Shown here: positions 27,317 to 42,214 of the stretch, piece after piece | Layout: each line of letters starts with the position of its first letter | Numbering within the stretch: position 1 is the first letter of the stretch | Assembly: GCA_951406725.2 (NCBI GenBank) | Contig: OX597822.1 | Location: 62,000,001-62,064,000, forward strand | Direction: 5' to 3' | Origin: Octopus vulgaris | Taxonomy: Eukaryota | Length of the DNA stretch: 64,000 nucleotides | Position numbers and translations under genes: made by a program | Notes under the pieces: model-generated | What the model was told of the DNA's origin: nothing | Databases searched by the model: none | Seen by the model: the letters and a program-made list of their open reading frames with translations, nothing else

Positions 27317-28109
27317 TCCACTTTGCACTTATATACCGCTATCCCCTATTTAAATGTCATAGCGAACCTACTTAACTTCGTATTACCTCCCTTTAACCTT
27401 CCTTTATACCAAATAGTTACACAGCCCACATTATAAATAAATTAATTACTGAACTTTATACTTATTCTTCATAATACGCTAGCTTACTATTTTCCAACAT
27501 TTTACTATTTTCCTATAATTTAATTTGTCTCGAGAGCTAGACTACCAATTCGTTTCGCACGCGATAAATTTCCCCTTTTGATCTTATTGGTTTTCTATGC
27601 ACTCTTCAAAACTATACATTATTCCGGTACATAGTCTATTTATACTCTATATCGTATAGATCCTAGATATAAACTTTACTCTTATATTACGGCTTCCATT
27701 GACAATATACGAACTAACTTACAACCTATAAATTAGTAGCACATAGGTCCATAGAACTACACCGGATATCCCAATAGCGATAACTCCCTCGGATTACACC
27801 GGCGGTCAAATAGCCGAACCTACGGACACGTGTAGGCTATGTTAATAACTAATTACGAGACCTTAGATTCAACTAACTCTCTTCTCATCTATCATACAAT
27901 GGATTCACTGAACTTTGAACCTATATATAATATATACAAAATAAGAAAATGGAGGAATAGATTTCTTTCAATCATCAACTTCCAGATAATACCAATTCAT
28001 ATAATTTATTAACTAATTATTTATATTAAATAGGAACATCCAAATCCAACAGAATAATACAGAATAAAACAATATACATCAATACATAAGGATAATAAAT
28101 GCAAAATGG

Positions 28110-28240
28110 ATTTTACAGCTGTTTCAGCCCGTAGATAAAAGTATCTCATTATGCCCATATTAGTCAGATGTATTGAGGTAATATGCAGTTAAAAATGAGT
28201 TACTTATATATATATATATCTCAAGGCCTCGTCAGAGATT
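28110..28240 (-). ncRNA. Hammerhead motif with long stem II insertion
   Basis: Minus strand: ATCT-CTGACGA-GGCCT..(about 95 nt)..GGGCT-GAAAC-AGCT-GTA-AAAT. Confidence 0.6.
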
Positions 28241-28598
28241 ATAAAGTACAATTATAAAGATATAAAAAGAAGATATAAAATGCAAATATGAATATTAAAG
28301 TTACACATATACAAGAATATGCATATATACATACATACATACATATACATATAAGTGTATATACACCTACATATACATATATATAAGTATATACATAATA
28401 ATATAAAATAGTGCTAGAGTGAGCCACATAGTGACCACTCTCTTATATTTATTTTGTAAAAATATTATAATATGTTATAAAATATTATAATAATCCAGGT
28501 TTCTCGGAGCACTAGGCCACTTGGTGTTGAATAGATATACTATTAAATTAGTATCTAATTCTCTCACCCTTATTAATTAATACATAATAATATACATA

Positions 28599-29891
28599 CG
28601 AGGGGCGTTCAATAAGTAATGTCCCTGACCTACTTCCCATAGCAGTAGAGCAACGAAACTTGGCACAGTTATTAGTCTTTTTCTATAGAGAAACCACCCA
28701 GAGTTACGCATTTCTCCCATCGTTTGATGCAGCTCTGGAGACCGTTTTTGTAGAAGACCCCAGCTTGGTCCTTCAACCTCGACGTGACTTCAGAAATCAA
28801 GGCTTCATCATCTGGGAAACGCTTTCCTTTCAAAATCAACTTCATGGCTGGGAAGAGGTGAAAATCAGAGGGTGCAAGGTCAGGAGAGTAGGGGGGATGG
28901 GGGAGGAATTCATAGCCACACGCCTGTGCTTCTGATCTGGCAACACGCGAGTTGTGGACCGGAGTGTTGTCCTACAGGAGGAGGATGCCTTTGCTGACCT
29001 TGCCCCGCCTCTTGATTTTGATAGCTTCTCTTAATTTCCTCAAAAGTGAAGCATAATATGCTCCTGTAATTGTGGTACCCTTTGCCAGGAAATCTGTCAT
29101 CACTACTCCGTCCTGGTCCCAGAAGACTGTGAGCATGACCTTGCCAGCTGAGGGCTGCACCCTTGCTTTCTTTGGAGGAGGTGAGTCACGGTGCTTCCAC
29201 TGCATTGACTGGGCTTTGGTCTCTGGATCATAGTGATGGACCCAGGTTTTATCCTGTGTAATCAGGCTTTTGAAAAAGTTTGACTCATCTTCTTGGCACA
29301 TCTCCAAATTCATCCTCGAGCACTCGACGCGTTCTTGCTTCTGGAAAGGTGTGAGCAACCTGGGAATCCATCTGGCAGACACCTTTTGCATATGCAAACG
29401 GTCATGAATGATAGTTTCCACAGACCCGGTACTAATCTTGACCTCATGGGCTATTTGGCGAATAGTTATGCGTCGATCTTCCAAAATGGCAGTCTCAACT
29501 TGACGGACAGATGCCTCATCAATGGCAGAAGGGGGGCGACCAGATCTGGGAGCTGTTTCCACAATGTTCCGACCATGTATAAATTCACGATGCCAGCGTT
29601 TTACAAGGTCATATGATGGGGCATCATCACCATAAGTTACTTTCATTTCATTAAAAGTCTCCCGTGGTGTGCGTCCTTTCAAATACAAGAACCGGATCAC
29701 TGCTCGACACTCAACAGGCTCCATTTCAGACTTGACTCAGTTCAAACACCTGTAAATCAGAAATCACAATTAGTTCAGAGCTGTAATTTGCCACTTAATC
29801 TATACAGATATAAATAATTGCACATGCAAAATTTCTGCTAGATCAAACAACTGCAAGTGGGTCAGGGGCATTACTTAGTGAACGTCCCTCG
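28599..29891 (-). mobile_element. Full-length mariner transposon
   Basis: TIRs of about 37 bp, CGAGGGGCGTTCAATAAGTAATG..; TA at 28597-98 and 29892-93. Confidence 0.95.
28672..29724 (-). pseudogene. Mariner transposase, open except one TAG at 28972-74
   Basis: WIPRLL, TQDKTW, LLL*DNTPVH, HPPYSPDLAPSDFHLF and RWEKCV, all in one frame. Confidence 0.93.
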
Positions 29892-29930
29892 TACACATAA
29901 GGCTACAGTTAATCAGATCTATATACTGGA

Positions 29931-29997
<67 letters not shown>

Positions 29998-30062
29998 TAA
30001 TCCAAACGGGAAAACAGAAAAGACAACAACACGTGGAACAATTAAAGTATTATTATTAGGCG

Positions 30063-30097
<35 letters not shown>

Positions 30098-31246
30098 ACA
30101 TCAAAGTGTCCATATACAAAGTCCAAAGTTCACTGTATTACATTACTAAAAACTATTAATATTATTATTATTATTAATAATACCAATAAAGGAATATGTG
30201 CATTCTGCTATTCACAATACATAGTAGATGGAAAATACCACATAAAATACAGCATAATATAATACAGTGTAACACGACATATTAAAATATAATATATTAT
30301 ATTACATATCAAATATACAATATATAATGTATAGTATAACCTAATATATAGACAGATGCATATGGGGGATGCCTGTAAATTAATTAATTCAATATAATAA
30401 AATAATGCAAAACAATATACAATGTCACAATATACAATGTCATTATATTCATGTATCATACAGCGAAAATCGAAACTTTAGTCTAAATCGACATACATAT
30501 ATATATACACACAGGTACAAAATACATAGACATGCATATACATACATGCACAAAAGCATCCATTAATACATATACATATATAATGGGTGAGTGATAGGTC
30601 TTAACGGGCTGATAGATTATTTACAATCTCCAGCTCAATGCAATTGGTTGGCACATTTGAATTTCTTTGTCTTAGTTACGGTTGGTTGGTTAAAATACAC
30701 ATACGTACATACATACACATATGCGCACATATACACGTACACATAGATAAACATAAGCAAATAAATACACACGTACATACATACATACATACATACGTAT
30801 ATATCCATATACATGCATATATACACATATACACATACCCATAAACACCCACTTACACATATATGTATATATATACATAGACATACATACTAATAACTAA
30901 AAGATAGTATTATAAACTATTAAAGTGAAAACTATGCTAATTCTTAATACGTAGAAAAAGCCCTGAAAGGGTACTTCCTAATGTATAAAAAAAATGGCTT
31001 AAAAGGGTATTATCTGGAAGTTGATGATTGAAAGAAATCTATTCCTCCATTTTCTTATTTTGTATTATGAATTTGAGGTAAAACATTTTACCTTCGCCCG
31101 TATAATACAATAAATGAAATAATTGCATTGTAATTCTTAGCATTTATGAATTAGCCTTCTGGGTACTTTACTGGCAGTATATTGGATAAATGATATCTCA
31201 TAGTGGGTTACACTCGTAACCCCTATCTCACTTTGTATATATATAT

Positions 31247-31399
31247 ACGTCGGGCTTGTTTCGGTATCTGCATACCAAATCCACTCACTAGGCTTTGGTT
31301 GGCCCGAGGCTAAAGTAGAAGACACCCACCGAAGGTCCAACGCAGTGGGACAGAACCCGGAACCATGTGGTTGGGAAGCAAACATCCACGCCTGCGCCT
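31247..31399 (-). mobile_element. SINE family A, 5' half, diverged
   Basis: Similarity to 22650-22812. Confidence 0.8.
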
Positions 31400-31406
31400 A
31401 TATACA

Positions 31407-31438
<32 letters not shown>

Positions 31439-31453
31439 GACAGATAGATAGAT

Positions 31454-31508
<55 letters not shown>

Positions 31509-31525
31509 TAGACAGACAGACAGAC

Positions 31526-32104
<579 letters not shown>

Positions 32105-32300
32105 ATAGATATAGACAGATATATATATACATATATAGTTATCGCCATACTAATATGGCATTCTTATAAAAATAAGAATAAAGCTGTCCGCTTATTAGCT
32201 CCATGAGGCCATCGCCTTAAGTTAGCTATTTGATACACAAACTGTATCCATATAACCTTCGAACAAGGGAGGTCAGTCGCTCCACACTACTTGATCGACA

Positions 32301-32342
32301 ACTACAGACGCGTTTCGGGGTATTGCCCCTTGTCAATGTAGC
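32301..32342 (-). ncRNA. Minimal hammerhead, U3-A8 core variant (copy 1)
   Basis: GCTACA-TTGACAA-GGGG(CAATA)CCCC-GAAACGCGTC-TGTAGT. Confidence 0.75.
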
Positions 32343-32662
32343 GTAGTCAGACCAGTGGGTGTCGCTTCCGACTATCTCTGTTCGAAGGTTTTATTTACCT
32401 AGTTTCGGTGGAATACATCCACTTGTTTTCAATAATAGAAATATTAAAATTACTAAGTCTCTCTAAAAGAGAACACGGCAGCGTTCCTGGAAATTAATAG
32501 TTATCGCCATACTAATATGGCATTCTTATAAAAATAAGAATAAAGCTGTCCGCTTATTAGCTCCATGAGGCCATCGCCTTAAGTTAGCTATTTGATACAC
32601 AAACTGTATCCATATAACCTTCGAACAAGGGAGGTCAGTCGCTCCACACTACTTGATCGACA

Positions 32663-32704
32663 GCTACAGACGCGTTTCGGGGTATAGCCCCTTGTCAATG
32701 TAGC
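32663..32704 (-). ncRNA. Minimal hammerhead, U3-A8 core variant (copy 2)
   Basis: GCTACA-TTGACAA-GGGG(CTATA)CCCC-GAAACGCGTC-TGTAGC; perfect 6-bp stem I. Confidence 0.78.
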
Positions 32705-32979
32705 GTAGTCAGACCAGTAGGTGTCGCTTCCGACTATCTCTGTTCGAAGGTTTTATTTACCTAGTTTCGGTGGAATACAGTTTGTGTATCAAATAGCTAA
32801 CTTAAGGCGATGGCCTCATGGAGCTAATAAGCGGACAGCTTTATTCTTATTTTTATAAGAATGCCATATTAGTATGGCGATAACTATTAATTTCAGGAAC
32901 GCTGCCGTGTTCTCTTTTAGAGAGACTTGGTAATTTTAATATTTCTATTATATACATATATACATATGTATATATACAA

Positions 32980-33022
<43 letters not shown>

Positions 33023-33503
33023 ATATATTTATGCATATATGTATGTTTGTGTGTGTATTTATGTATGCATGCATAGTTTTTATATGTATGTATATGAAGA
33101 TATACATGCATACATGTGGAAAGTAGGTGGGAAAAGAGAGAAAGATTAAAATGGTGGACAAGTCTATATGCCATTATGTTATATCACTTATAAAAGATGT
33201 TACGTAAACATAACCAAAACGTAAATATAAATGGCGAAGGAAGAAGATTGTCTTACGCAGCTATTTCAAAATTTCACTGATTTGTTGGTGTTATAAACTG
33301 TATTATGCAAACGTGGGTACACATTGATGCAATAATTGAACAAATAGAAGTTATTATTGACATATAAACATGATATGCTAATTTGATTAAGACAGACGCA
33401 TTGAAGTCCTAAATTTTCCTTCAGAAGGAAAACTGTCAAAATGCAAAATTCGTCGACGCTTTCTGCTTAATCATATTAATGCATGGCATTTACATGTTTG
33501 ATA

Positions 33504-33933
33504 GTGGAGGCGCAATAGCCCAGTGGTTAGGGAAGCAGACTCGCGGTCGTAGGATCGCGGTTTCGATTCCCAGACCGGGCATTGTGAGTGTTTATTGAGC
33601 GAAAACACCTAAAGCTCGACGAGCTGGTGGTGAACCCTGCTGTACTCTTTCATCACAACTTTCCTTCACTCTATCTTCCTGTTTCTATTGTGCCTGCATT
33701 TTAAAGGACCAGCCTTGTCTCACTCTGTGACGTCACTGGTGCCATGCTGTATCGGCCTTTGTCTTTCCCTTGGATAACGTCGGTGGCATGGAGAGGGGAG
33801 GCTGGTATGCGTGGGCAACTGTTGGTCTTCCATAAACAAACTTGCCCGGACTTGTGCCTGGGAGGGTAACTTTCTAGGTGCAATCCCTCGACCGCGAGTC
33901 CGTTGCTCTAACCACTAGGCCATGTGCCTCCAC
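33504..33933 (+). mobile_element. SINE family C followed by an inverted head of the same family (33886-33933)
   Basis: tRNA-like head GTGGAGGCGCAATAGCCCAGTGGTTAGG..GTTTCGATTCC; the end is the reverse complement of the head. Confidence 0.8.
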
Positions 33934-34228
33934 GATATAAGTAACATAAAGCCATATATACCTGCTTGTACATTCATACACGCTCGAGTATATATTTCCT
34001 TCTTTATTCACGCTGTTCCAGTCTACTCAGCCTGCAAAAATGAGTTCTACAAGTATTTCAAAGAGCCAGCCTTGTCACATTCTGTCACGCTGAATCTCCC
34101 TGAGAACTACGTTTAGGGTACACGTGTCTGTGGAGTTCTCAGCCACTTGCACGTTAATTTCACGAGCATGTATGTATGTATGTATGTATATATACATAAA
34201 AACATAAATAGGCATAGACAGACAGACG

Positions 34229-34309
<81 letters not shown>

Positions 34310-34968
34310 AAGTATAACTACCAATACCAAATAGTTAGATGGCTGGTGGTTGGCTGACTGGCTGGACTAATGGAAAATAACACAGTTAGATGTCGTGGAT
34401 AACTAACCCACTAGAGTTAGGTAAACATGTTGATTATTAGGCACACACATACACACACGCGCGCGCGCGCACACACATCATTTGAGTTATTTCTCTTACG
34501 TCAATTTTATTTAAATTATGCAAATTATTTAAGCTGTAAATGTTTTCTGTTATTTGTATAAGTTTTAGTCCTTCGGCTACAAGAGATGAGGTCGTGTTGA
34601 TGACGGTTATTGACCCAGAAACGCGTCTCCATTACTGTCCTCTTATCTCTAGAGAATAAGCCTGTGCTTTTCCTTCGTGGCGAGTTAGTTTTGGAGAATT
34701 TGATTCTTGAGATCATCCCCATCCTTCTCAAGTGGAGCTAATCTTAATTACAATTTGGTAATTATGATACATTCTCAGGGGGTGGAGATAATTTTTATAA
34801 ATTAAGAATTTAAGTTGTATGGCATTTCATATACCTCTATTCTTCTATGCTATTCAAACACATGCCATTGACCACTTTGAGCAGTTTTGCTGAGCTAATT
34901 TGTGTGTGTGTGCGTGTTTATATACATGTAGTATAATACAATATAATATATAAATGTAATATAATATA

Positions 34969-35362
34969 CTAGCAGTATCGCCCGGCGTTGCTCGGGTTTG
35001 TAAGGGAAATAACTATATAAGCATTTTTAGAGATGTAAAGTATAATAGCCACCTCAATATGGCTAACCACAAAGGGGGGTGTTACTGTAGCTTTTTACGT
35101 TCTGAGATTTAATAATACATTTTTAGAGAGTTACTTCCCTTATGTAATAGCAAAAAATGCATTAAAAATGGGAAAAAATTATGGTAAGTATTTTTTTTAA
35201 TCGTAGACTCATCGTAGACGCGCGCTAATACCCAGAAGGGCTCAATATGAATCACGACTATAAGATACCCGCTTTTGGTTACACTGCACCGCAAAATGTG
35301 GGAGTAGTTAGGAATCTAAATCGTTGGAGACAGACACACAACTTCACTTTTATATATAAAGA
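34969..35362 (-). mobile_element. Non-autonomous Helitron
   Basis: 5' TC(TTTATATATAAAAG), 3' hairpin CCCGAGCAACGCCGGG then CTAG; A/T target site. Confidence 0.8.
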
Positions 35363-35414
35363 TATATAATAAAATATATGCATATATAATATGTGTATAT
35401 TTATAATATATGTA

Positions 35415-35448
<34 letters not shown>

Positions 35449-35632
35449 AAGAACATAGTATAATATCTCCGTGATCAGATGTTGCTACACATCGTTGGTC
35501 ACAATGCGCTTCGCATTGTTTCAGCCTTCAAATGACGCCACCCCGCTGGTTAAGCAAGCAGGCCAGCAGGGATCGCTACCACCCCCTGCCGGAGCCTTGT
35601 GGAGCTTTAGGTGTTTTCGCTCAATAAACACT

Positions 35633-35703
<71 letters not shown>

Positions 35704-37559
35704 TATATAAGGCAAAGTTGAGTTATGATAAGACTGAATGAGTTGTAAGCAAACATCTATATTTTAGATTATCTGTGAACTAGTAAATTTCGAGTTGGAA
35801 AAACCAGTAAATCTCGTGTTGGAAACAAGAGTAAAACAGCAACAAATCGAAACAAAAGAAGAAAAACTCCTTTATTTCCAGCTTGTATTGTCATGTCTTT
35901 CCCAGACAATTCAAATTTATCCTACACTGCTTCATATTAACTATACTATCATCCTATCTATCTATCTATCTATATATATATATATATATATATATATGTC
36001 TGTCTCATTCACACGCACACACTATACACACACACGCCACACATACACGCATGTGTGTGGCTGTAAGATAGACGCATGAAAAGAGGAAATTCCAGTAAAT
36101 GGTAACTATTATGCAATGCCTACTTTCAGATGCATTAATAATTGAGAGAAACAGCAAAGCAAACACGACGCTAGATAAAAGATAGGAAAATATTGATATT
36201 CAATATCTTAAGATGGATAAACACGTACGATGAACTCCATAAAAGCACACCTAACATGTCTACTGTGTGAAATCATTATTGAGATAAACAGAGTTGCTCT
36301 AGGTGAGGTTAGCAGATTTATTGTTCCAAGTATACCATTCCTCTACTTGCTTAAGAACCATATTCTACACTCCCATATGCGTTGATATCGTTATTGTTCA
36401 GCTTCAGATCAAGCAAGATCGAGCTGACGTGTGAAAACTTAAAAGAGATCTTTCAATCGTGATAGCAATGTCTCATCTCGTTATATGTGTCATGCTGTTT
36501 TTAAGACAGGATGGTGCTATGTGAGAAAGAATAGTGAGCTATTTCTAACAGAATGAGATAGAACGTAGAGGCTCCCTTTGTTAGCCCATCATAATCGTAT
36601 GAGTTCCAATTTGATAGTTTGGACAAATATTTCTTAATAAGCATTGCAGCAAGAATGATGAATGTAACCCAATAAAACAGAACAATAACACTGTGTATCA
36701 CGATTTTTGTCTTATTAGTTTATCCATAGAAAGTATGAAAAATGGCTAATATTTCCCTCAAACTCCAAAGAATCCTACTAATCTCATGGCTATCATGCTC
36801 CCCCACTACTTCTGCTCGTATTGTCAGCTATTAAGGGACATGCTCAAGTGGTTAAGGTCAAGCAACTGACAAACAAATCTGTGGTATTGAGTAGAATATT
36901 TGCTATAATGATATTTCTGCTTCGGCAACTCAGCACTGAATCTGTCTGAAATGTAATGGAAAATAGGTCAGTTTTTAAAACATAGATGCCCAGGTCACAA
37001 AAGCAAAATGTGAAAGGAATAGTAGTCATTTCCTTTGATTTCCGGATAGAAGCAATTAGGAAATAACACTTACTGACCAAAGACAAAAGAAATTAAAACG
37101 TTGTTACACAGAGTGATGATAACTGGGATAATAGATTATGGTAAATATAGTTTGTTTTTTTTTAAAATTTAGTTTTGGCAGTGTAGCATCATTGACATAA
37201 ATTACTGTATCAAGTATACCTGATAAATTCACATTTCGTTGTCATTACTTTGAGCGCATGTTTAAATTTGAACTGTCAAACATACATACATACATACATA
37301 CATACATACATACATACATACATACATACATACATACATACATACATACATACATACATACATGCATACGTACATACATACATACATACATACATACATA
37401 CATACATACATACATACATACATACATACATACATGCATACATACATACATACATACTGTGGAAAATATTCAACTTAGAAACATTTTGAAACCACAGTCC
37501 GTAGAAAGCTACTGAAGAAAACATCAATAACTGCGTCGCTATTTTGGATGGTTAACCAC

Positions 37560-38060
37560 AATAATAAAATATGAGGAATAATGAGTTTACACCTCACCAT
37601 TTACATCTTATGAATAAATTAGCAAAAGTCTATGTTGACTCTTCACACCAAGCTCTTGATGGAAGGTTAATTACTCTAAAACACGAACTCAGGGTGCTGA
37701 AAGAAAAACCCTGCATAAATAACGACTTTGTTTCTAATTCGCAGGTTAGGACGTTTTTAGTTTGCTGCTGATAGCCTTCAATGCTTTTTCCAGAGAGATG
37801 CAGAAGGGAAATATTACTGTTGCGAAAGAAGTTCTTGAATAATTCTGGTTGGATGTCTGGAGCGAAAAGAGGGATTTCAATGCAAGATGGCAAATGCAGT
37901 AAAGAGAGAATACTGCACCAACATCAAAGGAAAAACATACACACTTGTCCCGAAAACTATAGTTATAGGCAAACTGCATATATACACACTATCCAGATTA
38001 CACGTTCAGGTTTATACCTGTAATTATTGAGGCCCTAAGATATGCAACACACTGCCTAAA
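37560..38060 (+). mobile_element. Ancient R4/Dong-like LINE fragment
   Basis: KEVLE*FWLDVWSEKRDFN resembles the FW..IWS motif seen at 44700 and 62740. Confidence 0.35.
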
Positions 38061-38147
38061 TACCAATCTTGAGAAATTAGGCTTCTCAAAACCAGAAAGG
38101 AGAAAGCTAATTTGAAGGATACAGATCCAATCCATCATTTAAATATA

Positions 38148-38747
38148 GGTGCATGAGTGGCTGCGTGGTAAGTAGCTTGCTTACCAACCACATGGTTCCG
38201 GGTTCAGGCCCACTGCATGGCACATTGGTCAAGTGTCTTCTACTTTGCCTCGGGGCGATCAAAGCCTTGTGAGTGGATTTGGTAAACGGAAACTGAAAGA
38301 AGCCCGTCGTATATATGTATATGTGTGTGTTTGTGTGTGTGTTCCCCCCCAACATGCATACATACATACATGCATGCGTACATGCATACATACGTACGTA
38401 CATGCATACATACATTTATACATACATACATACATGCATACATATATACACGCCTGCGTACATGCATACATACATACGTACGTACATACATACATACATA
38501 CATACTTGCATACATACATAGATACATGCATGCATGCGAACATGCATACATACATACATACATACATACATACGTATATATATACATGCATGCGTACATG
38601 CATACATACCTACATAAATACATACGTACGTACATACATACATACATACATACTACATACATACATACATACATGCGTACATGCATACATACATACATAC
38701 ACACATACATACATATATACATGCATGAGTACATGCATACATACATG

Positions 38748-38779
<32 letters not shown>

Positions 38780-39022
38780 CATGCATGCGTACATACATAC
38801 ATACATACATACATACATGCATGTATGCGTACATGCATACATACATACATGCATACATACATGCATGCATGCGTACATGCATACATACATACATACATGC
38901 ATACATACATACTAACATACATACATGCGTACATACATACATACATACATGCGTACATACATACATACATACATACATACATACATACATACATACATAC
39001 ATACATACATACATACATACAT
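38148..39022 (+). mobile_element. SINE family A 5' half running into a complex (CATA/CATG) microsatellite of about 670 bp
   Basis: Head at 38148-38356, then the repeat. Confidence 0.85.
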
Positions 39023-39650
39023 AATACTTCACTCACGTAGCAACTGCAATACTTCGTTAATTATCGATAAATATTTTTGATACCATTTAGTCATATAAAA
39101 TAATAATTCAGAAGAAAGAATTAACCTTTGAAGTATATAATTAAAGACTGAATACTTGTCGAACACAATAATAATGCCGCAAAATAAAGTATATAGAACA
39201 GAAAAACAGAATGGAATTACCAAATTTATTGAACAAAAGATTTAGTATTGTAAACATCGTTGTGTACGTCACGAACGCCTTTTGTGCAAAGCAAAGGCAT
39301 GATTGTACGGTAGATGAAATATAGATATATATTAATGTTAAGAGAATTAAAATGATATCTAAAAAAAAGAAGCAAGAATTGAACTACTTATTTCTTCATA
39401 AACATATTGTGAGCAGGAGATCGGCGATGGTTTCGTATTTATGTGTGGTTGTGTGCGCTCGCGAGTATATACACAAGGATGTACGTGTGCACACACACAC
39501 GTATGTATGTATGCATGTATGTATGCATGTATGTATGTATGTATGTATACGCCGTGTGTGAAGTGTGATTGTGTATACATTTGAAATTCAAGAACAAAAG
39601 AAAAAAGTACGCGAAACAGTAAAGTGCAATTATTCTTTATGTCTGTGAGA

Positions 39651-39740
<90 letters not shown>

Positions 39741-39753
39741 ATGTATGTATGTA

Positions 39754-39811
<58 letters not shown>

Positions 39812-39813
<2 letters not shown>

Positions 39814-40223
39814 CGCGGGAGTGGCTGTGTGGCAAGTAGCTTGCTTACCAACTACATGGTTCCGGGTCCAGTCCCACTGCGTGGCACCTTGGGCGAGTGT
39901 CATCTACTATTGCATCGGGCCAACCAAATTCTTGTGAGTGAATTTGGTAGAAGGAAACTGAAAGAAGCCCGTCGTATATATGTATGTATATATGTGTGTA
40001 TATATGTGTGTATATATGTATATATGTATGTGTGTATATGTGTTTGTCCCCCCCCCCCCAACATCGCTTGACAACCGATGGTGATGTGTTTACGTCCCCG
40101 TAACTTAGCGGTTCGGCAAGAGAGACCGATAGAATAAGTACTAGGCTTACAAAGTATAAGTCCTGGAGTCAATTTGCTCGACTAAAGGCGGTGCTCCAGC
40201 ATGGCCGCAGTCAAATGACTGAA
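39812..40223 (+). mobile_element. SINE family A, full length
   Basis: Collinear with 22650-23072. Confidence 0.92.
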
Positions 40224-40242
40224 ACAAGTAAAACAAAATGAG

Positions 40243-40276
<34 letters not shown>

Positions 40277-40283
40277 GATAGAT

Positions 40284-40318
<35 letters not shown>

Positions 40319-40871
40319 TACATATACATTTATATACATACATATATACATACATACATGCAAACATCCATCCATACGCACACACATATGCGTGCGTACA
40401 TACATACATACATACATACACATACATACTAAATACATACATACATGCATGTATACATACATACTAAATACATACATACATACATACATACATACATACA
40501 TACACACACACATACGTAGGTATGTATGTATATTTGTATGTATGGATGGATAAAAGTTTCAATTTTGTTTCCATAAGAGTAAATTATTCATGGTTCATTC
40601 AGAACTCCGATTTATGGCTGCAGAACGGAATGAAATAAATTATTTATGGATTAATAGTGCAATCTTGGGTTAATTTGCTAGTATTTCACTTTTATTCGAG
40701 TAATATACATGGATTAGAAGCAATACGAGATGCAGCGCTTGAAGTCACGTCTTCAATTTTCGGCGCCATTATTACACACACGCGCTTGCACACAGACAAA
40801 CACACACATATAATTATTAGAGTATTGTTTCCTCTAGAGTAATTCGTTTTCTTCTTTATTGCAGACAAATA

Positions 40872-41610
40872 ATGGATTCGAAGCAGAAGCAACATGCAGT
40901 CATTGAGTTCTTGACGAAGGTGGGTTACAGGGTGTCTGACATTCTCAGAAAACTAAATGTCTACGGAAAGGACGCCTCTGACATGAACAATGTGGAGAAA
41001 ATGAAGGAAGTTTAAAGAAAGGGAAAACAGCATTGAAGACAAACTACGCAGTGGGTGACCATCAACCGCGACCATTGGCATTATTCGCTCATGAATGGTG
41101 GAATCGATTCGCAACGACAGACGAATCACATCCGATGAGAATGATGCTCAACTTGACAGTTGTCACAATGCATTACAGAAGATGGTACAAGACTTTAGGT
41201 ATCGAAAAGTGTGCTTAACAGTAGCGGAAACCCGATTTGAAAAAGAGTGTGGTAGACGTCTGCTCTGATCTGCTAGAAGCGCTTGGAGCTAATGAAAACA
41301 CGTTTTCTTTTTCTTATATATTTTGACAGGGTATCTAGTGACAGGGTTTAAACGTAGGCTAGTGACAGGGGATTAAACGTAAGCTTATCTTAGTGATCCG
41401 AAAACGAAGGTTCGGTTCATGGAATGTTATCACACCTCTTCTTCAAAGCTTAAGGCGTTCAAGAGCTAGCGATTAGCAGTTATTGCCATGGTCACTGCTG
41501 TGGAAGATAAGGATTTTCTTGATCTTCTGGTGCATGGCTATACTGTGAACTGTGAACGGGGCATTGAGACATTGAAAAAGCTTAGAGGTGCCATTCATTC
41601 TCCCTTCATA
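40872..41610 (+). pseudogene. Old mariner transposase fragment
   Basis: MDSKQKQHAVIEFL..NVYGKDA..EDKLRSG*PST helix-turn-helix region; degraded downstream. Confidence 0.7.
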
Positions 41611-41634
41611 AAAGGGGTAAATTTTGTATTTTCG

Positions 41635-41734
<100 letters not shown>

Positions 41735-41763
41735 TCATCATCATTACTATTATTATAATTATA

Positions 41764-42160
41764 AGGGCGGCGAGCTGGCAGAAACGTTAGCACGCCGGGC
41801 GAAATGCGTAGTCGTATTTCGTCTGCCGTTACGTTCTGAGTTCAAATTCCGACGAGGTCGACTTTGCCTTTCATCCTTTCGGGGTCGATTAAATAAGTAC
41901 CAGTTACGCACTGGGGTCGATATAATCGACTTAATCCGCTCGTCTGTCCCTGTTTATCCTCTCTGTGTTTAGCCCCTTGTGGGTAGTAAAGAAATAGGTA
42001 TTTCGCCCGTCGCTACATTCTAAGTTCAAATTCCGCCGAGGTTGACTTTGCCTTTCATCCTTTCGGGATCGATAAATTAAGTACCAGTTATGTACTGGGG
42101 TCGATGAAACCGATTATCTCCCTCCCCAAAATTTCAGGTCCTGTGCCTATAGTAGAAAGG
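41764..42160 (+). mobile_element. SINE family B (Nin/Deu-domain-like), tandem pieces
   Basis: GGCGGCGAGCTGGCAGAA head, GAGTTCAAATTCC B-box, and GCCTTTCATCCTTTCGGGGTCGAT core twice. Confidence 0.8.

Positions 42161-42211
<51 letters not shown>

Positions 42212-42214
<3 letters not shown>

Larger units (their letters stand above)
32135..32951 (-). mobile_element. Tandem 362-bp hammerhead-bearing unit (1.8 copies) plus an inverted partial copy; PLE pLTR / retrozyme-like
   Basis: Near-identical repeat at 32138 and 32500; 32775-32951 is the reverse complement of 32432-32609. Confidence 0.85.

Noticed and set aside
33504-33580. Functional tRNA gene (also 13102, 21400 and 22650)
   Set aside because: No clean cloverleaf or terminator; each continues into a SINE body.
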